A program made the translations under genes and the position numbers. A stretch of DNA of 64,000 bases from a virus, in the IMG/VR virus record IMGVR_UViG_3300021963_000029, positions 116,815 through 180,814 of that record; one strand, written 5' to 3'. The notes under the pieces are model-generated. The model saw nothing but the letters and a program-made list of their open reading frames with translations, was not told where the DNA came from and searched no databases. Positions 1-7,795 of this stretch are shown here, in pieces. The first letter of the stretch is position 1; the number at the start of each line of letters is the position of its first letter.

Positions 1-480
1 GGTAGCACAGGAGTTCCATTTTTTATAGGAGTTAATACAACCACTGTATATGCAGATACTTTAACTTATAGGGGTTATTCATATACTTCACCAAATCCAT
101 TTTCTGCCATTAATGGAACTCTCTCCTCTGGAAATGTTGGAGTTGGTACTGAAGATTTAACAGGTCAATCTTCACTTGGTGTCTATTATGGTGATGTTGG
201 TGTTGCTAGAACAACTCTGCCAGTAGCATCTTGTCCAACAGTTACAAGTTGTTCTGGATATGCAACATCAATCACAAATCTTACAACTCAGGTAACTTCT
301 CTCCAAACTCAAAGAAATGACTTAATTGTTAAAGTCAATTATTTGAAGAAAGAAAGGTCTAGATTCCAAATTAGAAAATATGGGTTTGATAGGCAAAAAG
401 AGGAATTGAATGCAGAGATTGCAACAAGCAATGCTATTCTAAGTTTCTTCCAAGACCCAGCAAATGAAGAATGGTTATAA
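1..480 (+). CDS. Partial (5'-truncated) virion structural protein with C-terminal coiled coil
   Basis: Frame +1 open from base 1 to TAA at 478-480 (GSTGVPFFIGVNTTT...FFQDPANEEWL); Gly/Thr/Ser-rich then heptad-like; not in ORF track because no start. Confidence 0.7.
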   Translation, partial: GSTGVPFFIGVNTTTVYADTLTYRGYSYTSPNPFSAINGTLSSGNVGVGTEDLTGQSSLGVYYGDVGVARTTLPVASCPTVTSCSGYATSITNLTTQVTSLQTQRNDLIVKVNYLKKERSRFQIRKYGFDRQKEELNAEIATSNAILSFFQDPANEEWL

Positions 481-490
481 AAACCCTACA

Positions 491-550
491 GGCAATTTTT
501 TGCCAGAATTTTTTTCGCCCCTTTTTTGGAATTAAAGGTCAATTTTGAAA
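491..550. terminator. Convergent intergenic hairpin and T-tracts
   Basis: GGCAA-TTTT-TTGCC hairpin (491-504) followed by T-rich tracts between convergent genes. Confidence 0.4.
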
Positions 551-634
551 TAGGAGTGGGGAGACTTGAACTCCCACGACCTTAAGGTCAACAGATTTTA
601 AGTCTGGTGTGTCTACCGATTCCACCACACTCCC
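551..634 (-). tRNA. trnL: tRNA-Leu(UAA)
   Basis: GGGAGTG..CACTCCT-A acceptor, D arm GGTGGAATCGGTAGAC, CCAGA-CT-TAA-AA-TCTGT anticodon arm, long variable arm, GTTCAAGT T loop; no encoded CCA. Confidence 0.95.
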
Positions 635-706
635 AAGTGAGGACTTACCCAGCCTCAGGTTTCCCTTCACAGGCACGGTGCCTCTGCACTTCCTTCACAC
701 CTCAAC

Positions 707-735
707 AGTATAGAACAAACACTCTATCCTGTCAA
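707..735 (-). promoter_or_regulatory. Sigma70-type early promoter for leader RNA + tRNA-Leu
   Basis: TTGACA-17nt-TATACT. Confidence 0.8.
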
Positions 736-902
736 CCCTCATAAGCAAGTTCACCCTTTAGTTCAGCAACCTTAGCAGTTGCAAAACACTCAACACAAGT
801 CCAGAAAGTTTCTCCACTTACCATATTTTCCTCACAAAAATGGGAAGCAACATCTTCAAGGATGCCATTGAGTTCATTGAGTTGGGTGCGATCAATCTGC
901 AT
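732..902 (-). CDS. Small acidic hypothetical protein (56 aa)
   Basis: MQIDRTQLNELNGILEDVASHFCEENMVSGETFWTCVECFATAKVAELKGELAYEG; downstream of promoter at 931-959. Confidence 0.7.
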   Translation of the reverse strand: MQIDRTQLNELNGILEDVASHFCEENMVSGETFWTCVECFATAKVAELKGELAYEG

Positions 903-930
903 GATAGGTAGGGGTCTTGCTTACCTATCC

Positions 931-959
931 ATCATAGCACTAGGAACAGCACTCTGCAA
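931..959 (-). promoter_or_regulatory. Sigma70-type promoter inside the 3' end of the S74 gene
   Basis: TTGCAG-17nt-TATGAT with TG extended -10. Confidence 0.55.
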
Positions 960-1638
960 GTTTGGTGGACAGTTCAGCAACTGTCTGCTTTAGATCTTCT
1001 ATTTGCTTTTGTTGTTCTTTGACTGCTTCTACTAAAGCTGCTGTTATATGGGGATAATTTAAAACTTTAGTTCCTTCTGAATTTACCTTTACTAAATCAG
1101 AAAAAACTTCTTCAACTTCTTGGGCAATAAATCCAATTTCATGCCATCCATAATCAACTCTATCATATTCTACTCCTTTTAATTTTAAAACTTTTTCCAA
1201 TGATTTTTCAAGTGGTTTAATATTTGTCTTTAGTTTAATGTCTGATGGACTCAATTGTACTGGAGTTCCATTTTGAGTCAATCCCCCAATAATATCCAAC
1301 TGTCCAAAGAACTTTCCTTGAGGAGATGCTGCATTCCAAGTGGGAGTTCCTTCAAACTTTTTGATGATAGCATCTGCTTTGACACCAAGGTCTCCCTTCA
1401 ATCCAAAAGATGTACTAGCACCAAACTTTAAGTGAGATCCAAAAGCATTGGAAAGACCAAATGCATTATGAGCACCAATTTGATTAGTCAATCCATTTAA
1501 ATTGTTGACTCCAAAAGATTGTAGAGCAAATGGTTTTGTTGGGTCTAAAGATTGCCATGCTTCAATGGTTGCTGTAGCAGGAGCAGCAGCAAGACCTGCT
1601 TGTATACCTTCTGTTTCTATTGAATTAATGTATGCCAT
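940..1638 (-). CDS. Tail/fibre protein with C-terminal intramolecular chaperone (peptidase S74) domain
   Basis: SDIKLKTNIKPL..LKGVEY..HEIGFIAQEVEEVF..YPHITAALVEAVKEQQKQIE motif. Confidence 0.85.
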   Translation of the reverse strand: MAYINSIETEGIQAGLAAAPATATIEAWQSLDPTKPFALQSFGVNNLNGLTNQIGAHNAFGLSNAFGSHLKFGASTSFGLKGDLGVKADAIIKKFEGTPTWNAASPQGKFFGQLDIIGGLTQNGTPVQLSPSDIKLKTNIKPLEKSLEKVLKLKGVEYDRVDYGWHEIGFIAQEVEEVFSDLVKVNSEGTKVLNYPHITAALVEAVKEQQKQIEDLKQTVAELSTKLAECCS

Positions 1639-2345
1639 TATAGACCTCCAAATACTACTGTTTCTATTAACTTATCTACAAACTCACCTAAACTAGTTGG
1701 GATTAGTGCAGACTTGGGTTCAATAATTGTAACTCCACCAGTTCCTTTCATATAGATTGGTCCTTTTGATGCTAAGATTAATTTATTTCTAGCACCAATA
1801 GCAACATTAGCTGCATTAATTCTTACACTATCCCCAGCTTCAATAATTATATTCTGAGCAGATCTGAATACAAATGCTTCATCTGCAGCAGTAGATTCAA
1901 ATCTAATTTCTCTTGCTGCTAAAGTTAAGATGCCATTACCAGCATCTATTCTTAAATTTTTCCCAGTACTCTTGATGTTTAATCCATCTTTTGCATTACT
2001 ATCAATGTTATCAGCAATGTCACATGGGTTGCTATGTAATTCAAACCCACCATCCTTGAATAGTTTTAGATGAGCACCAGATGTTGAGTGAAGTTCACAC
2101 TGTCTTAGTCTTCCTTTTTCTGTTGACTCACCAATGAAAAGAGTTCCATTTTGAGGATCACATAAAACATATCCTGATTTTTCTTCCTCTTCTGGTTTCT
2201 TAGGAGTTTCTGACTTGGGTTGCTTTGAAGTATCAGTAGTTCCTACTGCCTTATCTAAAGCAGTGGGTTTTGTATCATACCTGGGATCATAATTAGCTCT
2301 TGCATTTATATCCCTATCTCTAGGACTAATCTGTCTGGTTGCCAT
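1638..2345 (-). CDS. Baseplate/gp5 C-terminal-like beta-helix virion protein
   Basis: ELHSTSGAHLKL and repeated IxIxA beta repeats; directly downstream of gp5. Confidence 0.5.
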   Translation of the reverse strand: MATRQISPRDRDINARANYDPRYDTKPTALDKAVGTTDTSKQPKSETPKKPEEEEKSGYVLCDPQNGTLFIGESTEKGRLRQCELHSTSGAHLKLFKDGGFELHSNPCDIADNIDSNAKDGLNIKSTGKNLRIDAGNGILTLAAREIRFESTAADEAFVFRSAQNIIIEAGDSVRINAANVAIGARNKLILASKGPIYMKGTGGVTIIEPKSALIPTSLGEFVDKLIETVVFGGL

Positions 2346-4351
2346 TATCTATCAGCACAAAGAATTACTTTTTGAATTGGTCTTCTGTCTTCTGGAAGTT
2401 GACCAATCTCTACAAATTTAAGAACTGGTAACAGTATAGCACCTGATCCTGAATCTGTATTTATTACCAGTTTAGGAACAGTTCTGATGATACCTCCATT
2501 GACTATTTTAGTATCAATTATTCTACCATCAGGATCAACAACAGGGTAAATTTCTACACCAGTATCACAATAGAGATTGTAAATTAGATCTTCCTCTCTA
2601 TATCCAACTCCAGTGTTGATAATGATTACATCAGAAATATATGCAGTGTATTCTGTTCCATCATCTCCAACTGGATTTGTAGTGCAAGCATCACCTTCAG
2701 GAGAAACATATCCCATACCATTGCTATCCATGTAGACACTATCAATCTTCCCATCTTTAAGAATGACATTACCTCTAGCACCACCTCCAGTATTACATGC
2801 ATCTTCAAAGGTAACATAAGGAGCAGTAGTATAATTTGCACCAGGATCCTTGATGTTTACTCCCATGATTTGACCAAGAACATCCACAACAACTGCACCT
2901 GATCCACCACCTCCACCAAAACCACCAAAGAAAGTTACCTTTGGCAATCCACAGTTAAGAGTTGTGCCATCACAAGTTGCATAAGCAGCAAACTGTTCTT
3001 TAGTTAATCCTAGTTCAGCAAGAACATTATCACTTGGGGCACCTCCACTGTTTTGACCCAACCAACTTGCAAATTGTTTCTTGCCATCAGAGAATAGATT
3101 TCTTACTCCTTGAGCTGGTGAATAACTTAGTACCTTTTGGAAATTAACTGATCCTTTTGGAACATATCCCTTATTCATTTCATAATCAAATTCTTCCTTA
3201 CACTTTGCATCTTCACATGAGAAGAAAGAAAGAATTGTTTTTGCATAATTAATTGCCTTAGAAATGATCCCACTAACTTGTCCAATTCCCTGCCCTAAGA
3301 CTGAAGTTAGTTCTTGAATTGCAGGACCAATTGCTTTGCTGATTTCATTTCCAATGGTCTGCATCATGCTTCCAATGAATGACTCAACTGCACAAAGAGG
3401 AATTGCTACAACCTTTCCTACCATTTGTGCAAGGAAATCAAAGACAAAAGAAGAAATTTTCTTAAGGATATTTTGGAAAGTACACCAAATACCATCTACA
3501 ATTTTATCAGTTGCTAATTTCTTTGCAAGAATAGCATCCTTTGGTAATAGTTTTTCTATTATATTTTTTAGACCTTGATAGATCTGTTCTATAATAAAGT
3601 CTCTGGTCAGTTTAGTAAAATCTGCAAGTCCATCAGCAATAGCAGTGGTAGTTTCCTGAATTAATTCAGGAATATTTTGTATGAAATTTAGTGTTGGATT
3701 TACATAGATGTTAATATAGTTTTGAGCAGTATTCAAATAGTAGATAAACTTTCTAAGTGCTTGTGCAATCTTAGAAACTTTATCAGTTCCAGTTTTACAT
3801 GCAGAAACAGTTTGTACTACTGGTGCTGTTCCTGGTGCTGCTGCTGCTTGTTTTTGAGACTCCTTATTATCTGCAGTTCTTCCAGTTGATAGTGGAATAC
3901 CAGAGTCTTTTGGTTTAGTGCCATCAGCAGGTTTACTGGATGGATTAACTATCTGCTCTCCAGGTTTAAATGGTTTAAACCCATTTGTACCTAGGTCAAA
4001 AGTGTTTGGATGTTCAATGGATGCACCAGAGAATAATGCACCAATGATGACAGGTTGTTGCCCATCATCACCATCCATAAAGAATCCAACCACTGCTTCA
4101 GATCCTCTTGGGTTGAAGCTAGCACCAGATCCTCCTTCACCTGAACCAAAGTTCAAAGGAACTAGAACATGTGCCCAAGGTAGATCCTCATCCTTAACTA
4201 CACTTGAAGAATCAGGATGATGACCTATGATTCTAACCTTTGCCCTATATCCATTCTCAGTATTCTTGTACTTGGTAACTATACCAACAAACCATCTAAA
4301 GGAATCTCTTCCAATGAAATTAGGATTAATTAGGGATTGTTCTATTAGCAT
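2345..4351 (-). CDS. gp5: Baseplate hub/spike protein gp5-like (OB-fold N-terminus; no recognisable T4 lysozyme domain)
   Basis: FRWFVGIV..RAKVRIIGHH..DEDLPWAHV..VVGFFMDGDDGQQPVIIG. Confidence 0.85.
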   Translation of the reverse strand: MLIEQSLINPNFIGRDSFRWFVGIVTKYKNTENGYRAKVRIIGHHPDSSSVVKDEDLPWAHVLVPLNFGSGEGGSGASFNPRGSEAVVGFFMDGDDGQQPVIIGALFSGASIEHPNTFDLGTNGFKPFKPGEQIVNPSSKPADGTKPKDSGIPLSTGRTADNKESQKQAAAAPGTAPVVQTVSACKTGTDKVSKIAQALRKFIYYLNTAQNYINIYVNPTLNFIQNIPELIQETTTAIADGLADFTKLTRDFIIEQIYQGLKNIIEKLLPKDAILAKKLATDKIVDGIWCTFQNILKKISSFVFDFLAQMVGKVVAIPLCAVESFIGSMMQTIGNEISKAIGPAIQELTSVLGQGIGQVSGIISKAINYAKTILSFFSCEDAKCKEEFDYEMNKGYVPKGSVNFQKVLSYSPAQGVRNLFSDGKKQFASWLGQNSGGAPSDNVLAELGLTKEQFAAYATCDGTTLNCGLPKVTFFGGFGGGGGSGAVVVDVLGQIMGVNIKDPGANYTTAPYVTFEDACNTGGGARGNVILKDGKIDSVYMDSNGMGYVSPEGDACTTNPVGDDGTEYTAYISDVIIINTGVGYREEDLIYNLYCDTGVEIYPVVDPDGRIIDTKIVNGGIIRTVPKLVINTDSGSGAILLPVLKFVEIGQLPEDRRPIQKVILCADR

Positions 4352-4569
4352 CAGTCGTCGTACATCCTACACTCTAGTGCATTTGGATTTTCATCGCAGA
4401 ATAATTCAAGAGGAGATGGATCATGCTCATCATCTGGATGATTTGATGCATAAGATTCTAAAGATTCCAATTCATTTTCAATGTGTCTTCTTCTTTGGGA
4501 AGAAATCATTGGGTCAGAAAGTTCTGACTTATCTTTTTCTATGTGATCTTTGATGTTTTTAAATGTCAT
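4351..4569 (-). CDS. cp12: CP12 Calvin-cycle inhibitor (phage type, C-terminal Cys pair only)
   Basis: IKDHIEKD..RHIENELESL..HDPSPLELFCDENPNALECRMYDD. Confidence 0.9.
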   Translation of the reverse strand: MTFKNIKDHIEKDKSELSDPMISSQRRRHIENELESLESYASNHPDDEHDPSPLELFCDENPNALECRMYDD

Positions 4570-5840
4570 TTTGCTACTCCATAAGAGTCTCTTACTAGTT
4601 CTAATCCAGTGAGACCTTTATCAGTGAAAGAATGCTTTAGTTTACTTATAATATATTTACCAGATTTGCTTTCGTCTTTTAAACCTTGTTCATCAGTATT
4701 CTTTGTAATTTTTCCAAAGTCAAGATTGATAACATCTCCCACTGTTAACCCCAAGTTTAGGGGTATAGTTATATTTAACGACTGACTAAACAATAAATTG
4801 TATCTTGACACACCTTGTGCCTGATATTCCATTCTTTTATCTGGTGCTTCTAACTTACCAGTTTTATCCATCTGTCCATTGTCAAGCATTCTAACCATTA
4901 ATCTTGAAGGACTATCTTGTAATCCTTTTGGTATTTCTGGAGAATTATCTTTATCAGAAGAATGATTCATGATCTCATAACTGTCTGATAACTTATAAAC
5001 ATTAGAATAAAATTTTCTAGTGTTAGTATCAAAGAAATAGTTTACACTAGAGTACATCCCTATTCTTAAATTGTCTAAAATGTTTACATTCTTATTAAAA
5101 ACAGGTGGAGAAGTAATCTTGAAATTTAATTTAGGATCAGCAGGTGCTGCTGTTATTTCTTTGTAAAAATATGTTTCCTTTGCTGGTCTATTAGAATCAA
5201 ACAAAGAATCTACACTCTTAAAGTTGTATCCATCTTTGTTCTCAAAAAATAAAAATCCTGCAGTACCTTGTGTATTTCCTGACTTTCCTCTTTCTACTTG
5301 TGGTATTCCTTTAGGACATAACCATCCCAACACAGTGAATGGTTTCCTTGCATTGGACATGAAAGAATATTTGTTTATGGTCTTTTCTATATTGCTGCTA
5401 TTATATCTTGTTGTCTTTAACTCATCTTTTAAAATTTTAGATACTGTATTATCTAATGTATTATCATATCTCTTAAACAATCTAGATGTTTCATTGACAA
5501 ACACTTCACTTGGAACTAAATCTAAGGTGAATAATTCTTTTGTAGATTCTGTCGTAGAGTTTCCAATATTATAAACATAATAGATGTTATCTGATTCATC
5601 AAAAGTCAATCTTAATTTAGTTGCATCTTGCTCAATAACTAATCTTACTATCTCTCCCCCTCTCAGTTTTAATTTGGAAAGGATGCCACCAGTGTTAATT
5701 ACTGCCAAAGAAAAATATGTAACTGGAGATGTAATACTCTCAGTATATTCCATAGAAGAAATTGATTGAGATATATCAATAAATCCTTCCCCAGTTCCTA
5801 TGGAACATTCTATAATTTTGTAATTAAAATATGATGCCAT
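4566..5840 (-). CDS. Baseplate hub protein (gp27/late-control D-like)
   Basis: Size, position before gp5, FLFFENKDGYNFKSVD and LTVGDVINL..SGKYIISKLKHSF motifs. Confidence 0.65.
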   Translation of the reverse strand: MASYFNYKIIECSIGTGEGFIDISQSISSMEYTESITSPVTYFSLAVINTGGILSKLKLRGGEIVRLVIEQDATKLRLTFDESDNIYYVYNIGNSTTESTKELFTLDLVPSEVFVNETSRLFKRYDNTLDNTVSKILKDELKTTRYNSSNIEKTINKYSFMSNARKPFTVLGWLCPKGIPQVERGKSGNTQGTAGFLFFENKDGYNFKSVDSLFDSNRPAKETYFYKEITAAPADPKLNFKITSPPVFNKNVNILDNLRIGMYSSVNYFFDTNTRKFYSNVYKLSDSYEIMNHSSDKDNSPEIPKGLQDSPSRLMVRMLDNGQMDKTGKLEAPDKRMEYQAQGVSRYNLLFSQSLNITIPLNLGLTVGDVINLDFGKITKNTDEQGLKDESKSGKYIISKLKHSFTDKGLTGLELVRDSYGVAK

Positions 5841-7792
5841 TAACCTAAAGAGTTATAGTAGAGTTTTTTCAATAACATTTTATCTGCATCACTTTGAATA
5901 TTTAGAGATGGTGACCCACCTGAAGAAACATATTGAATCTGTGGTGGCATGACAGGAATTGGAACTTGAACAGTTTGTGGTGGTAATTCTGACATAGCCA
6001 TTGTATAACTTTTTGATTTTACCAAGATTGATTGTAAAAGAGGAACATCAACATTCTTTAGGGGATCTCCTCCACTTGCAGTAAAATTATTATCTAAGGG
6101 GATAACAGCTTCTGTGCCATGCAAAAATTCAAAGTAACCAGACTTTGGACCTACTGATATGCCACCTTCATTCTTTCCTTCTTTCGCTCTTTCAATAGAA
6201 AGAGGAGATGAAATTCTATTTTTAACACCTCTAACTACTGGAAGAGGATCAGTTGGAGTTTTTCCATCAGGATAAACCTCAAAGTGTAGGTGTGTATTGC
6301 CACCATCTGGATACAAAGTAGCTATTTGTTGTCCACCATAAACTACTTGCCCAACTGAAACACTAGGAACAACATGAACATATCTTGTTACTAGTCCACC
6401 ACCATGATCTATTTCAACAACTCCTCTATATCCATTATTAGCTGCCTTAATTACTTTTCCTGTTTTATATGCAGCAACTGCAGCTTCTAGTGGTCCACTC
6501 CAATGAGTCATATCTAATCCAGCATGAGATCTACTTCCTCCATCTCTTGATGCTCCAAAACCTTGACTTGCACTGACCCTTCCTTGAGTTCCAACATCGC
6601 CTCCAGGTAAAGGCATAAAAGTATCACCAGAAATTGGACCATCATATGCTCCTCCTGGGGGAATATTAGGTGCTGCCATTGGAGCACCTTCATTATATGG
6701 GTCAGAAGTGCTAACTGCTCCAGTAAAATTTAAAGCAAATCTTTCAAATTTAACCAATGCTTTTTCATAACTTACAAGAGTTTTTCCAAAAGTTAAATTA
6801 CCACTTCCTTCTACTAATGCCTTCTGTTTTTCTGTTTGTGTTTTTAGTTTATCTTTGTTTTTATTTTTATTTTTTTCTTCTTCTGCAGCACTAACCCCAA
6901 GTAAATCTCTAGTAAGGTTAGTTAAATCTAATGCAAATGATGCAATGGATGCCAGTCCTGCAAGTGGAAGACCTATGCCTGTTGCTGCAGATCCAGCAGC
7001 AAAAGCATCTAAAGCAGCACCAGTCCCTGCTATTGCAGCACCAGTCTGATCTCCTGCCTGTGCTCTAAATGCAGCATCAGCAGCACCAACAACTGCACCA
7101 ACACCAGGAATAATTGAAGCACCAAATTTTCCAAATGCTTTTGCTGTTCTTCCTCCTTGAGTTGCAGTTTGAACTGCATTTCCTCCTTGTCTTGATCTTT
7201 TAAGAGCATCATTACCAAATCTTTTTTTAAAAGAATCATCACCATATCTAGATCTATATCTTTCCTGTGCGCCAGTAGATACTCTTCTTCCAGTAGCATC
7301 AAATCCTCTTCTAACTTTTGGTCCTTTATTGAAAAAAGCATCTCCTGCCATTCCTAACAACCCAGGACCTAATAATGCTGCAGCAGCAACCATTCCTGGT
7401 GACAATGCACCAAGGAAGTCTCCCTGCATTAATTTGTCTACTGAATTAAATGCTGCCAGTGCACCAAGTGATTTTAAAAAATCATCTGATGCTCCTGCAG
7501 TAAAAAAAGTCCCTTTAAACTTAGGTAAAGTTATTCCTTTTGGTTTTTGTTTTTGCTTTTTCCTATACTTATTGTCATTTTCTTTTTGGATAGAATCTAA
7601 TCTTTTTTTGTATCTGTTTAAAACAGACAGTTGAGTTTTTCTTTGATATATTCCATTCTCAAAAGTTTTTCTTAGAGCAATAGAAGTCTTTTTAGTTTTG
7701 GTAGAAACTTTAACTAAAGGACTAATTGTAGTTACTTTAGCAACTACTGTTGGGGTTTCTTTTGGTTTTGCTAGTAAAGTTTGTGCGTCCAT
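5840..7792 (-). CDS. Large tail-associated protein with M23 metallopeptidase domain
   Basis: HAGLD..VTRYVH..THLHFEV zinc motifs; Ala/Gly-rich helical middle. Confidence 0.8.
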   Translation of the reverse strand: MDAQTLLAKPKETPTVVAKVTTISPLVKVSTKTKKTSIALRKTFENGIYQRKTQLSVLNRYKKRLDSIQKENDNKYRKKQKQKPKGITLPKFKGTFFTAGASDDFLKSLGALAAFNSVDKLMQGDFLGALSPGMVAAAALLGPGLLGMAGDAFFNKGPKVRRGFDATGRRVSTGAQERYRSRYGDDSFKKRFGNDALKRSRQGGNAVQTATQGGRTAKAFGKFGASIIPGVGAVVGAADAAFRAQAGDQTGAAIAGTGAALDAFAAGSAATGIGLPLAGLASIASFALDLTNLTRDLLGVSAAEEEKNKNKNKDKLKTQTEKQKALVEGSGNLTFGKTLVSYEKALVKFERFALNFTGAVSTSDPYNEGAPMAAPNIPPGGAYDGPISGDTFMPLPGGDVGTQGRVSASQGFGASRDGGSRSHAGLDMTHWSGPLEAAVAAYKTGKVIKAANNGYRGVVEIDHGGGLVTRYVHVVPSVSVGQVVYGGQQIATLYPDGGNTHLHFEVYPDGKTPTDPLPVVRGVKNRISSPLSIERAKEGKNEGGISVGPKSGYFEFLHGTEAVIPLDNNFTASGGDPLKNVDVPLLQSILVKSKSYTMAMSELPPQTVQVPIPVMPPQIQYVSSGGSPSLNIQSDADKMLLKKLYYNSLG

Positions 7793-7795
7793 TTA

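Noticed and set aside
650-700. 17-codon GTG-start ORF (MKEVQRHRACEGKPEAG) in the tRNA-Leu leader
   Set aside because: The SD-like GAGGT abuts the GTG with no spacing; treated as RNA structure instead
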